Part shown: positions 10,330 through 20,394 of the stretch, one piece after another
How positions within the stretch are numbered: position 1 is the first letter of the stretch
Layout of the letters: each line of letters opens with the position of its first letter
Source of the DNA: a virus
Taxonomy: Duplodnaviria > Caudoviricetes
Length of the DNA: 64,000 bases
Virus record (IMG/VR): IMGVR_UViG_3300049892_000014
Location: 40,913 to 104,912 of that record
Direction: 5' to 3' (one strand)
The notes under the pieces: generated by a model
What the model was told of the DNA's origin: nothing
Database searches by the model: none
Seen by the model: the letters and a program-made list of their open reading frames with translations, nothing else
Program-made: the position numbers and the translations under genes

Positions 10330-10774
10330 GGGAATCCTTTCTCATGACGTATGTTGTAAACTGTTTATTAGTAATCAGAATAGGTAGCGGTAGAGCAATC
10401 AAACCCTGCCAAGTTCCAGAGGAAGTATAGCCATTAAGATTAGCTTTGTCATTCCTAACTGTAATATAGGCAGTTCCCTGCTCGTCAAGACGTTGATTGA
10501 TAAACTGAAGAATCTCCTCACGCTTCGCCGGTTCAGATAATGTATTTAATACATAGGTACATAAAATCGTCTGATAATTCCACGCTAGCCATGTTCTATT
10601 CTTATGGTATTGGTCATAACCTTCTATATCTAATAGCTTCGCATCTGTACCATAACCACATCCATAGTCAAGAGCTGGTTTAAGAATAAGTCCCCTATCA
10701 TTCAACATCCTTGCTGGTACGCTTAGCTTCCTTCTTTTAATCGCTGTCTTGTGTGTATTATCTGGTGACTCCAT
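10310..10774 (-). CDS. class I SAM-dependent methyltransferase-like protein
   Basis: LDYGCGYG motif I, GYD, YVLN. Confidence 0.75.
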   Translation of the reverse strand: MESPDNTHKTAIKRRKLSVPARMLNDRGLILKPALDYGCGYGTDAKLLDIEGYDQYHKNRTWLAWNYQTILCTYVLNTLSEPAKREEILQFINQRLDEQGTAYITVRNDKANLNGYTSSGTWQGLIALPLPILITNKQFTTYVMRKDSLEKEES

Positions 10775-10994
10775 GATTCCTCCAATCTAAAATACCAAAC
10801 ATATGGATAGCTTCCCATTGTTCGGGTGTTAATGTAGATAGAAACTCGTGGGTTCCGTCAATATCATTCTCATCACGGATGGCCCAATAATGAGCAGATA
10901 GTATTGGTTGTCCTATCTTTTTTCCAGAGACAGATAATTGGATGAAGTATTTATCATCCATACTTACATATTCTGCACTAATCTTAGCTCCCAT
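10758..10994 (-). CDS. hypothetical protein with shared C-terminal helix
   Basis: TPEQWEAIHMFGILD. Confidence 0.6.
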   Translation of the reverse strand: MGAKISAEYVSMDDKYFIQLSVSGKKIGQPILSAHYWAIRDENDIDGTHEFLSTLTPEQWEAIHMFGILDWRNHGVTR

Positions 10995-11250
10995 TACCAG
11001 ATCCCCTTCCCTCTATAACTTCTGTTAGATAGAATAACTCCCATTCTTCTTTAGTGAATTTCATCAGTCTTTCAGCAAACTTAGTCTCGCCTTCTGACTT
11101 TGTATAATGTCTATACGTAGACCCAGAAATAGACCTACCTATTGGTACTTGTACGTTTATCCAAGCTGAACTAGCATCTCTATATAGGTCAATGGTATCT
11201 AGTTCATTCTGCCTATATCTGAAGATAAGTCTAGTGTGATTTGTTTCCAT
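10984..11250 (-). CDS. hypothetical protein with shared C-terminal helix
   Basis: TKEEWELFYLTEVIEG. Confidence 0.65.
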   Translation of the reverse strand: METNHTRLIFRYRQNELDTIDLYRDASSAWINVQVPIGRSISGSTYRHYTKSEGETKFAERLMKFTKEEWELFYLTEVIEGRGSGNGS

Positions 11251-11268
11251 GACGCTCTCCTAACTAAT

Positions 11269-11281
11269 TGTGTTATAATAG
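11269..11281 (+). promoter_or_regulatory. extended -10 promoter (putative late class)
   Basis: TGTGTTATAATAG; same motif at 39992 and 45574. Confidence 0.6.
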
Positions 11282-11285
11282 CTAT

Positions 11286-11837
11286 ATGGGAAAAGATAAT
11301 TGGTTAGTTAAAAAAGAGGGGCCAGAACCTTTACTGGCAAAGAAAACTAAAGCATATCCAGAATGGGAAAGGGCTAATGTATCCTATTCGCATTGGCTCA
11401 GCGGTAGAACTGCTGAAGAAATTGAGAAGTTTACAGGAGTAGCTCTAGTCGAAGTGGAAAAGGATATAGCGCATATAGAAAGTGTCCTACCTTCTAAGAC
11501 TCTCATTGCAAACAACAACACTAGACAGCGCATCTTACTACAGCGTACACAAGCTAAAGCATACGCTGATAAGTTACAAGATGCACTCACTACTGATGTA
11601 GCAGCATATCTAAAAGCGGGATTAAACCCGACAACCCCTCTAAAAGAATATAGAGAGGCTGTCGGGATGACCGAAAAGCCTGGCGCATTAAACATTCAAG
11701 TCAATCAGCAAACTAACGTAACTACAGGCGTTAGCAGGACTGAAGATATTATTCGCTCCGTAATGAATAAGATGCACCAGAAGGAAGATGAGCCACCTAT
11801 TATAGACGTTGAGGCAGAAGAAGCTGAAGCTGTTTAA
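11286..11837 (+). CDS. putative terminase small subunit
   Basis: HTH-like N-terminus, helical middle, NIQVNQQTNV and IIDVEAEE tail typical of TerS; shares promoter motif with the TerL and portal operons. Confidence 0.45.
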   Translation: MGKDNWLVKKEGPEPLLAKKTKAYPEWERANVSYSHWLSGRTAEEIEKFTGVALVEVEKDIAHIESVLPSKTLIANNNTRQRILLQRTQAKAYADKLQDALTTDVAAYLKAGLNPTTPLKEYREAVGMTEKPGALNIQVNQQTNVTTGVSRTEDIIRSVMNKMHQKEDEPPIIDVEAEEAEAV

Positions 11838-13048
11838 TCTTCTTCTACTTGAATACAACGCTTAACCCAATCAGGCGGCTGACAGTTATAGCTGCCTACT
11901 TTAACTACAATGACTGGAAACTTGGGAATAAATTTACCCCAATCAGCATCGCAATCTGATACAATGACAAGAAAATCAGGTCTAGGCTTTAGTTGAGCCG
12001 CAGCCTCTATCCCTGGCCCCATATTTGTACCACCGCCACCAACTAAGGAAATCTGCTTCCTAGACTTAACCTTCTGAACATGACCAACGCTAGAATCATT
12101 ACTGATTACAGTAACGTCTACCGCCAGTCCCTTCAGGATGCCGTCAACCTCACCAATAGCATGGGCCAAGTCTTTATTAGACATACTTCCACTGGTATCA
12201 ATCTGTACGGCAACATTAGGCTTAGGCGCACGGAGACTTGGCATGATAATCTTGCCATATATAGACTGTCTTCTGGCTGGTCTGCTATAAGTATAGTTGA
12301 CCATACCTTGAGTTTCCCCGATCATGCCACGAATACATCCATTGAGAATTGTTCTCCATGGAACTGTACTCCTTAGCATGTCGTCAGCCCATCTCTCAAA
12401 GCCTCCAGGTATAGAACCCCTGCCCTTAGACCTTGCGTAATCCTGTATATCCTTTGCCACAGTATTCTTAATTACCTCTACTTCTTTACCTGTGACTCCC
12501 TGTACGCTACCAGTACCATCACCTTCTGGTACACTTTCATCATCGCCCTCTCCAGTAGCACATCCACCACAAGCTCCACCGCCTACTGTAGGATTAGGGA
12601 TTTGCTGTTTAATCTCCTCAGCCTTATCCATTAACAGCTTGAAGTATTCCTCAGCCATTAAACCTTCGTCAAAGCCAAAGGTTTCTTTGGGATAAATAAC
12701 TCCTTTGGGTAGCTTAATATCTTTAATATCATCGTTAATCTCACAGTCAGCCGCAAGATTCCAGATCATATGTTCCGCCTGGGATGATACGCAGGATCTT
12801 ATAGGATGATCTCTAAGTAAGTGCATGACCTCATGTACCATAACAGATGCTATCTCGTTAATACTCCATTGGTCAAATATACCAGAGTTATAAATCATCC
12901 TCCATCTCTTATCCACTCCCATCGTAACTTGTCCCGCAGTCCTACTGAGATCATCCGTCTCAATAGGAATAAGCGCAAACAATCCTGATGAAAAGTAGGG
13001 AAAGAGATACGCTGCCCTAAGTCTTGCGGCGCATATTCTTTCGTCCAT
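11834..13048 (-). CDS. metallopeptidase-VWA domain protein (DUF2201-like)
   Basis: HEVMH zincin motif, WNLAADCEIN, DTSGSM MIDAS, GGGT. Confidence 0.88.
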   Translation of the reverse strand: MDERICAARLRAAYLFPYFSSGLFALIPIETDDLSRTAGQVTMGVDKRWRMIYNSGIFDQWSINEIASVMVHEVMHLLRDHPIRSCVSSQAEHMIWNLAADCEINDDIKDIKLPKGVIYPKETFGFDEGLMAEEYFKLLMDKAEEIKQQIPNPTVGGGACGGCATGEGDDESVPEGDGTGSVQGVTGKEVEVIKNTVAKDIQDYARSKGRGSIPGGFERWADDMLRSTVPWRTILNGCIRGMIGETQGMVNYTYSRPARRQSIYGKIIMPSLRAPKPNVAVQIDTSGSMSNKDLAHAIGEVDGILKGLAVDVTVISNDSSVGHVQKVKSRKQISLVGGGGTNMGPGIEAAAQLKPRPDFLVIVSDCDADWGKFIPKFPVIVVKVGSYNCQPPDWVKRCIQVEED

Positions 13049-13319
13049 TGGGTTTCCCTCCTTCGTGATGTTTAATCAGCTCATAAGCCATAGTTTTATA
13101 TGTTTCAGTAATACTTCGGAGAGTAGTTTTCATTCCCTCTAGTTGACTGATGACTGTTAGAGCATCCTGTTCTGGAAGAATAAATTTAGGCCTAAACCTA
13201 TAGCATCCATACCCCTTGACTCTAGCAAATCCGTCATCATCTAGCTTAACCAACTCATCCCATAAAAGATATGGGAATAAGTCATATGACCAAAAAACAT
13301 ATTGTTTCTCTTTCATCAT
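13017..13319 (-). CDS. hypothetical protein
   Basis: ORF with GAGG RBS, packed in the operon. Confidence 0.6.
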   Translation of the reverse strand: MMKEKQYVFWSYDLFPYLLWDELVKLDDDGFARVKGYGCYRFRPKFILPEQDALTVISQLEGMKTTLRSITETYKTMAYELIKHHEGGKPNGRKNMRRKT

Positions 13320-13484
13320 AAATCCTCAATGTTAATTCCGTAATGCTGGAGTACAACAGCTTCCAGCTTCTCGACTTCGGTAACCCATTCAGCAGGTGGC
13401 TCAACTCCACTTTCATCTATAGCATCCAGTAGATCATTAGCGGCCTCCAATATATCCTTGGTTGAGTCAAGTATTTCATCAGTC

Positions 13485-13781
13485 TTAGACATATTTACCC
13501 CCCAACTTAATCATTAGTAAAATTTTCTCTAACTCATCTTCTGACTTGTTCATCAAAAACTTAATAGTATTCGACTGAGCGTGGTGTTCTCCTCCGTGTA
13601 ATAGCACAACAAGCTTACTTAATACAACATCATTCCACTCTCTGGGCATCCACTTCTTAATAGGATTACCATAATCGCCAGGGAATGTTTTGTATAGGAT
13701 AAATATGCCATTCACGTCGTAAAACCAACCCCACCCGTTAGTCGTATCAATCCATGTTCGACCTATTACACCCACTTCCAT
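13485..13781 (-). CDS. hypothetical protein with shared C-terminal helix
   Basis: ends SEDELEKILLMIKLGG; GGAGG RBS before ATG 13781. Confidence 0.6.
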   Translation of the reverse strand: MEVGVIGRTWIDTTNGWGWFYDVNGIFILYKTFPGDYGNPIKKWMPREWNDVVLSKLVVLLHGGEHHAQSNTIKFLMNKSEDELEKILLMIKLGGKYV

Positions 13782-13802
13782 ATATACCTCCAATTAGTAT
13801 TC

Positions 13803-13852
13803 AATTCCAGGCTCACCCTGAGCCAAGACTGAGCTAAGGGTGAGCCAAGATT
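13803..13852 (-). repeat. early-gene leader hairpin E1
   Basis: CAGGCT(13808)...AGCCAAG(13843) on +. Confidence 0.75.
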
Positions 13853-13857
13853 CAATA

Positions 13858-14952
13858 CTACCAGAGTCCAGCTTGCGTCAATACATCCTTAAACCGCATA
13901 GCTTCTGGCGGCGGGAGCGATGTAGACTTAGGCCGATTCTTAACAAGCAATCTAGCACAAGAAGCCGCTATGTCTGCCACGTTCAATTCGGCAGCTTTAG
14001 CCAACACTCTCCAACCATTCAGCCATCGCTCATTGGTGTTGTTACTGATAACGACAGCTGTTACTGAGGTCAGTAAGGCGTAAGCCCTATCTCCACGTTT
14101 AGGAAGAACAAGCTTTTCGGGATGAGCCAATACAACTTCAGGATCAGGCAACTCATCACCCTCTTGAAACTTCTTAAACTCTAGAGCTGGGCCGTCCCCA
14201 ACACATCCAGCTATAAGTTCAAAGACTACATCGTCAGAGTCTTTGAAACCAAACGCTCTAGCAGCAGCCAATAGCCTTGCAGCCATATCCCATGTTCTAT
14301 TACTTGGCCACGCTTTACCACGACTATCCTCATCCTTAGGAATAGCATTACGCAGATTAGGACGAGTGCGAACAAATGAAACTATCGCAGTTCGAGCTAA
14401 TTGGATATTAGCAGGTTTATCCCAATCTTTAGGAAGTTCCTGCTTTTTAGACTGCGGCCATCCAGAGATCATACCCTCAGACCATGAATCCAGAGTATCC
14501 GCAAAATCAAAGTGAACAAACCTATTAGCCAACGGAGGAGATAGCTCCCATCCATTAGCCGCTTGCTCAGGTGGATTAGCAGCAGCTACGATAGTGACAT
14601 GCTTAGGTAGCTGAAGATCACCAACAGCCTTATCTAAAACCACTCTAAGCAATGCACTCTGTACAGCCGGTGGAGCCGTAGAGATTTCATCTAAGAATAA
14701 GACTCCAGGAATATCGGTATTCAATCGGTGCGCCCAAGACGGCGGAGCATAATGTACAACTCCATCCGCACCCTGAATAGGTAGGCCGCTAAAGTCCGAA
14801 GGTTCACGGATAGCGGCAATAACTACCTCACAGTTCCAATCCATACTCTTTGCTACGTCAACAAACCAAGAAGACTTACCAACTCCAGGAGGGCCAGTTA
14901 GTAGCACTGGAACGCCCGCCAACATTGCAATAGTCATAGCTTTACCACTCAT
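13858..14952 (-). CDS. MoxR-like AAA+ ATPase
   Basis: GPPGVGKS, LFLDE, VQSALL, AAANP, LANRF; partner VWA gene downstream. Confidence 0.9.
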   Translation of the reverse strand: MSGKAMTIAMLAGVPVLLTGPPGVGKSSWFVDVAKSMDWNCEVVIAAIREPSDFSGLPIQGADGVVHYAPPSWAHRLNTDIPGVLFLDEISTAPPAVQSALLRVVLDKAVGDLQLPKHVTIVAAANPPEQAANGWELSPPLANRFVHFDFADTLDSWSEGMISGWPQSKKQELPKDWDKPANIQLARTAIVSFVRTRPNLRNAIPKDEDSRGKAWPSNRTWDMAARLLAAARAFGFKDSDDVVFELIAGCVGDGPALEFKKFQEGDELPDPEVVLAHPEKLVLPKRGDRAYALLTSVTAVVISNNTNERWLNGWRVLAKAAELNVADIAASCARLLVKNRPKSTSLPPPEAMRFKDVLTQAGLW

Positions 14953-15232
14953 ATGTTTTCTCCTTAAGTTATTGTTTTTTCTTCGGGTTGCAAATAGGAC
15001 AATCATCTTCCTGGTCTGAGATCCGATCAGGAACTAATGGCCATTGATTTAACTCGCTGACCTGGTTTAAGTCTCCAGTCCATTTTGATGATGTGCTATG
15101 GATAGTTACAGATGGTATCTTATACTGCTCTACCATAGACTTCACATCATTAAGTTTATGGATATGACGGCTAATAATCTGTCCGTCTGGCAGTGTGAAA
15201 TCAACTTCAAAACCTTTCGTCTTACTCATCGT

Positions 15233-16195
15233 TTACTCCTTTGGATATTTATTGATATAATCATAAGAATAATTGACTATATCATGTATTGATACTGCAT
15301 AGATAGCTTTTTCTGCTAACGCTACCCGTTCTTGAAGCTCTGCCACATAAGCGTCTACATGTGAACTATTCTCATGCTTACTGGTAACTGCCGCTATTTT
15401 TGTAGACAAAACTATCTCTCGTAAAGTATTCAGATTACCACCAGCGGCTAGCCAATCAGAGAAGTCTCCCTTTTCTGGAAGGCCTGGCAATTCTACTACC
15501 TTAACTAAATTAGCTAATGCAGCAATGCCATAGAGAATAGTTTTAGCATGTTGTTGTCCAGCCTGGTCATTATCAGGAATAATTACAACATTCTTTCCCT
15601 TAAACCATTGATTGTAATCTTCCTTCCAACTATTAGCTCCCATCGGATTAGTAGTAGCCGGTAGTCCTAACTTCCACATAGCATCAGCATCCTTCTCGCC
15701 TTCAACTATGTAGACTACTGGCCTATCTATCCATTCATTGATACGATATGGATATAGTTTAATATCTCCAATCCCAGGTTGCCAATCAGGATTATGCTCC
15801 CAGTCTGCAATGTTTCGATACAAAGCGTAAGACTTCTTATTGTTATCGTCAATAAACTTCTTGACCAATAAGAATGGATTACCCTTCGGATCTCTATAGA
15901 CGTGAGAATTAACAAAGTTTCCCTTTGTCCTAGCTCTTTCTTCCATAAGCCCCCTTTCTACAAGCCAAGTAATCACATCACTTACCTTGTTTTTATTACT
16001 GATAAAGAAAGCAAAGTCCCAAGCTCCTCCATGCTTACCGCAAGGCCCACACATCCACACATTCTTATCGGGATGTATGGTTAAGCTGCCATGTAGATCG
16101 TCATGATTGGGACAATGAAAAATAATCTGCTGTCCAACCTTTCGGTCAAACTGCAATCCAACAGTCTTAGCAATGGCTGAACAAGTGATATTCAT
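15233..16195 (-). CDS. DNA primase (CHC2 zinc finger + Toprim), no helicase domain
   Basis: CPNHDD..CGPC; VEGEKD; PDNDQAG; KGDFSDW. Confidence 0.85.
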   Translation of the reverse strand: MNITCSAIAKTVGLQFDRKVGQQIIFHCPNHDDLHGSLTIHPDKNVWMCGPCGKHGGAWDFAFFISNKNKVSDVITWLVERGLMEERARTKGNFVNSHVYRDPKGNPFLLVKKFIDDNNKKSYALYRNIADWEHNPDWQPGIGDIKLYPYRINEWIDRPVVYIVEGEKDADAMWKLGLPATTNPMGANSWKEDYNQWFKGKNVVIIPDNDQAGQQHAKTILYGIAALANLVKVVELPGLPEKGDFSDWLAAGGNLNTLREIVLSTKIAAVTSKHENSSHVDAYVAELQERVALAEKAIYAVSIHDIVNYSYDYINKYPKE

Positions 16196-16687
16196 GATAG
16201 CCTATCCATTAAATATTCTAGGTTCATTTGTTTGTATACAATTCTTTTAATTGTATTTGGAGCTAGTTTATACATGATGCCTAGGGTTTCCAAGACTTCA
16301 TTCTCTATATATTGCACATTCTTGCCGTCACAGTCATGCCTCCAATGCGGGCAATCTCTCCAAGATGCTAAGATATTTCTATCTCTATTCATTATGGCTA
16401 TTTTTCTATCTAATCTTTTCATGTTTATCACCTATTAAATCTGATAATTTAATCAAGATGGATAAATCATTTAACTCGTAAATAGATTTTGCTATTGCAA
16501 GCAAATACTCTTTATCGCAATTCAAGCAACAATCGTAACCTAAGTTAATGGTAACGCTATCCGGCCCATGCTTTTCACAATGCGGATAATTATAACCTCT
16601 TTCAGAAATATTGATAGGCGCACCAGTCATCGCCACACCCCTATTCCTACTATAAGTTATCGTAGCTCTCATACATCCTCCTATAGT

Positions 16688-16724
16688 AAACATTCCCAGG
16701 CTATACAGAGTATAGCCAAGGATA
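16688..16724 (-). repeat. early-gene leader hairpin E2
   Basis: CATTCCCAGGCTATAC-AGA-GTATAGCCAAGGAT. Confidence 0.8.
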
Positions 16725-16728
16725 AAAA

Positions 16729-17739
16729 CTAAGTAGTGATGATATGTTTTGGATTGTTTTTAGTTACTTCCAATAAAACATCCAAAGCGGAAGCTTTTAC
16801 ATCATTGCCAGTTCCGAAGATAGCCGACTCCGCCCTAAGCATGTCCTCGGTTAGATTCTTTCTTTTAGCTGTACTACGAACACTCTTTTCATGGTCTACA
16901 TAAGCATTAATAGCTCCAAGCAGAGAATAGGCAGAACCCTTAACTTCTGGCACTACGTTGTATTGATTATTGTCAAACAGCTCAATAATCCGAAGCATGA
17001 CATTATCACGCCTTGTACTCTGATCTCCAGGAAATACCTGATCCAAGGCTTCTGCCATACTCTCCTTAGTCATATCACGTTCCGCTAAGATATTCAACTT
17101 CGCTTGAATATCCTGAGAACTTAATACAACTTGATCCATAAGACTCTTAGCAGCCGCTAACTTACGCTCTGCATTAGTCGTATGTTTAATCCTTAAAACT
17201 TCTCCATTACCATATCGCAATGCAGTCTGTAGAGAAGTTCCACGCTTCACATTGATATGTGTAAGCCTAGCTGTAGTAGCCATAGATCCATCATGGCTAG
17301 AAGCAAATAGGATATGGGCTTTATTCAAATCGTCAGTCCCATTGATAAAGAAGTCACAAGCAGGACAACGTACTAATACCCAAAAGACATTGCCATCTCC
17401 CAAAGCTCCAGCGGACTCATAATGAGATCCTCCCGCTTCTCCTATGAGAGTATCGACAAAGTTAAAGGCGTATTCAAACTGTAATGGACGATATACGCTG
17501 CCAACTGTAGCAAAGAATCTATCGTTATCATCTCTGAATATACCAAAAGCGTTAATCTTTTCACCCGAACCATTCGGATGAACTAACTGACGCTTAGAGA
17601 CTGTGAAAGTTAAATGAGCTAGTTGCCTAGCTTGTTCCCAGGTTACTGGCTTATCTGATACTTGAGACAAACCATCGGCCTGGCCTACTACAAACGACAT
17701 ATACTCGTTGCTGAGTACATCAAAGGCCATGCTTTTCAT
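16729..17739 (-). CDS. DUF932 family protein
   Basis: R.D....F..VG..Y..LQ, ESAGALGDG, SSHDGS, KHT, NAYVDH. Confidence 0.82.
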   Translation of the reverse strand: MKSMAFDVLSNEYMSFVVGQADGLSQVSDKPVTWEQARQLAHLTFTVSKRQLVHPNGSGEKINAFGIFRDDNDRFFATVGSVYRPLQFEYAFNFVDTLIGEAGGSHYESAGALGDGNVFWVLVRCPACDFFINGTDDLNKAHILFASSHDGSMATTARLTHINVKRGTSLQTALRYGNGEVLRIKHTTNAERKLAAAKSLMDQVVLSSQDIQAKLNILAERDMTKESMAEALDQVFPGDQSTRRDNVMLRIIELFDNNQYNVVPEVKGSAYSLLGAINAYVDHEKSVRSTAKRKNLTEDMLRAESAIFGTGNDVKASALDVLLEVTKNNPKHIITT

Positions 17740-18053
17740 AAATCCTCCCCATGAAATGCGGCATCAGCTATCGCTTCTACTTCTTCATCACTAGCGTAGC
17801 CAATGAGAGCTTTATTGATAGGAAAGCCATCATCATCAAAAGCTTTAATAGCTTCCATATCAGTATCTTCGCCATCGTGATCTTTGAGACATTCACGTTT
17901 ATAAGACTCTGTTTCTTCTCTTAGCTGGATCAAAGTCTCATCAATCATGTTTGCCAATATATCCCTGCCTTCCGAAGATGACAAGTCAATCTTGTCTATC
18001 TCTTCACAGACAGTCCAAGCGGCACCATCATTGTCTTCGATGACTAATATCAT
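17736..18053 (-). CDS. highly acidic small protein
   Basis: 31 D/E vs 8 K/R in 105 aa. Confidence 0.65.
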   Translation of the reverse strand: MILVIEDNDGAAWTVCEEIDKIDLSSSEGRDILANMIDETLIQLREETESYKRECLKDHDGEDTDMEAIKAFDDDGFPINKALIGYASDEEVEAIADAAFHGEDL

Positions 18054-18065
18054 ATTCCTCCTTGG

Positions 18066-18725
18066 TTAGTTATTGTAATACTCACTTTCATACCTATCCA
18101 TGTACTGCATATTCCCAGGATCTTCAATAATCAATGCTAACCTTGCGCATCCAAGAGAATCTTTCGGTACACTTGTTGGAGTTGAATCGAAGTCTAGTCC
18201 AAAATGCTCAGAAAATCTTCGAGACTCAGCCATCTTAGTTTCGGCAGCATTTAATTTCCATCGCTTAGACCAATTCTCTCTAGCACGAACAACTTTAAGT
18301 GCTAGAATATCTATATCATCCCTATAATCTTTTAATATAGACTGTAGATGATGATGATATGGCTTCCTATACTTAGATAAGTGAACACGAAATACTTTGT
18401 ATCCACTCAGTAATTCCATATGATCATCAGACCATATGTTATGGTTTCTGATGGCATGAAACGCAGCATAGCTATGCTGTCTAGTAGTTTGAGACTTACT
18501 ATCAATACAGTTTAGAAAGACACACTCATCCTTCCCCTCCATTCTAACGAAAGATGCGACAGGATAATGCGCACCAAAACTATAAAGGGTATCATTTCTA
18601 TAATATAGTGAGTAATCTGTATTTCTAGCATGGTCTTGCTCTTTTTCAGCCCACAACTCTGCAACTCTACGATTGTTATATACTATCTTTGGTCGTTTCT
18701 TTTTCAGAGTAATAGAAATTTCCAT
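18066..18725 (-). CDS. conserved phage hypothetical protein
   Basis: VAELWA, LYSFGAHYPVA, SQTTRQH; coupled to upstream gene. Confidence 0.65.
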   Translation of the reverse strand: MEISITLKKKRPKIVYNNRRVAELWAEKEQDHARNTDYSLYYRNDTLYSFGAHYPVASFVRMEGKDECVFLNCIDSKSQTTRQHSYAAFHAIRNHNIWSDDHMELLSGYKVFRVHLSKYRKPYHHHLQSILKDYRDDIDILALKVVRARENWSKRWKLNAAETKMAESRRFSEHFGLDFDSTPTSVPKDSLGCARLALIIEDPGNMQYMDRYESEYYNN

Positions 18726-19183
18726 TAGTCTAGCTCCTTAAGAGTCCATAGTATATCACTATCAACCCTACGCAGTCCAATCCAATAGCCATGCTTCTCA
18801 TAAGTTACCTTGCGCTCCCAACCAATCTTGGGCAGAACAGGAATATGATAGCCATTAGGATCAGACTGCTGACATAAGATTTTAGCTTCACTCTCAGTAA
18901 TATAATACAATCCATTACTGAGAAGTCTTTTTTCTAAATCAAGCTTCATAGCCACTCCTGCATAGGCTTGCAATTCTCTAGCTTCTTAACAATTGAAGCC
19001 TCATGAGTGTGGCCATCCTGGGTTAGTATTTCAGATATAGTAGGTGATTTCATATCGCAAATTTGCCTAACTATATCCAACATTGTACGATAGTGTGCAT
19101 TGATCTCATTGAGACCTGAGACTTCTCCACACAACGGACAATAATCATCTTGCCACGACATATACATACTCCTTTCACTAATA

Positions 19184-19293
19184 AATCAACCCCAGTCTAC
19201 GCAGGTCGCTTAAGCTAGAATCTTTCCAGAATGATAGGCAGACACTCAGCCTATCAAACTCGTCCTAGCCCTCTCTACACGTAGACAAGAGCA
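19184..19293 (-). repeat. early-gene leader hairpin E3 (compensatory variant)
   Basis: CAGTCTACG...CGTAGACAAG. Confidence 0.65.
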
Positions 19294-19308
19294 AAGCTAT
19301 TAGCGGGA

Positions 19309-19446
19309 TTATTCAGTTGCATACACTAACTGTATGCCACTAACTAAGCACACTATGGATAGCCAAGCTTTAGGGCCAAGAGTATGAGCTAAGAGACCAT
19401 ACCCTATAGCTATTAAAATATATCCAGCAAATCTTATAGACTTCAT
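19309..19446 (-). CDS. small membrane protein (45 aa)
   Basis: MKSIRFAGYILIAIGYGLLAHTLGPKAWLSIVCLVSGIQLVYATE; AGGAGG RBS. Confidence 0.55.
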   Translation of the reverse strand: MKSIRFAGYILIAIGYGLLAHTLGPKAWLSIVCLVSGIQLVYATE

Positions 19447-19459
19447 GGAAGCCTCCTTT

Positions 19460-20071
19460 CTAAAACTCAAACTTATCTTTCCCACCTATAACATTCATCA
19501 TCTTATCCATTTCAAAGCGATACATTTCTTCGTCTGATAATCCATAATTGATAGACCATTTAGTAGCTTCGTTGAGATCTGAGACAGTTTTGAATAAAGT
19601 CTCTAGCTCTTGATAAGTCCAATGTTTCCAATATGACGTAGTAGGCTTATCATCTGAAAATAATTTATTAAACCTATCTCTAATTGACGCCTGGTATTTT
19701 ATGGATAGTAACTCCTTATAACAATTCACATCTAAGGCAGCTATACTACCATAATAATTTACCTGAGATATATTATATTTATTACTCAACAGTATGCGAT
19801 AGATGCTGTCAACTCTATTCATAAGGCAATGGCCATCCCGATAAATTCCTAAATCTTTTCCCTTAACCATATAGCCATCATGGTCAAACATTACAACTAA
19901 ATTAGCCGGTCTATCCATATAAGCCATAACAACATTTCCCATAAACAAGAAATCCCGTATAATTGTGACTTCCCGTTTACCTTTGTACTTAAAAGATGCG
20001 TATTTCTGTCCACGCATCCAGGCCATGGTTACTCCTGCAATATCTGAATAAATAGCTTTTTGCTTAGGCAT
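19460..20071 (-). CDS. hypothetical protein with shared C-terminal helix
   Basis: ends RFEMDKMMNVIGG; AGGAG RBS. Confidence 0.65.
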   Translation of the reverse strand: MPKQKAIYSDIAGVTMAWMRGQKYASFKYKGKREVTIIRDFLFMGNVVMAYMDRPANLVVMFDHDGYMVKGKDLGIYRDGHCLMNRVDSIYRILLSNKYNISQVNYYGSIAALDVNCYKELLSIKYQASIRDRFNKLFSDDKPTTSYWKHWTYQELETLFKTVSDLNEATKWSINYGLSDEEMYRFEMDKMMNVIGGKDKFEF

Positions 20072-20090
20072 CCTATCTCCTTTCTCAAAT

Positions 20091-20146
20091 ACACATTCCC
20101 AGGCTTAACAAGCGTCGTTCCAATTACACCAGTTAAGCCAAGGATA
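20091..20146 (-). repeat. early-gene leader hairpin E4
   Basis: CATTCCCAGGCTTAAC...GTTAAGCCAAGGAT. Confidence 0.8.
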
Positions 20147-20217
20147 CATATTCGATATCCTATTTAGATGTGGAGCCTATCCCTAAACAGCACATAATAG
20201 ATAGACTTGTGGCTTTT

Positions 20218-20394
20218 CTACATATGGGTATCCTCCTTTCTTTTTATAGGAGAAACATAAGTCTTACCATTTCGTAGTTTACACATACCCAAAGCTTGAT
20301 GGCATAGCCTACTATAGTGGCAGCACCAGTTTTTCTTTAGCAAACCCTTATTCCACAAAGATTGACAGTCTCTACATCGCTTTGGGCATTTCAT
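20218..20394 (-). CDS. small Cys-rich protein (58 aa)
   Basis: MKCPKRCRDC...WCCH...LCH...MC; ATGA overlap with the NADAR stop. Confidence 0.5.
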   Translation of the reverse strand: MKCPKRCRDCQSLWNKGLLKKNWCCHYSRLCHQALGMCKLRNGKTYVSPIKRKEDTHM

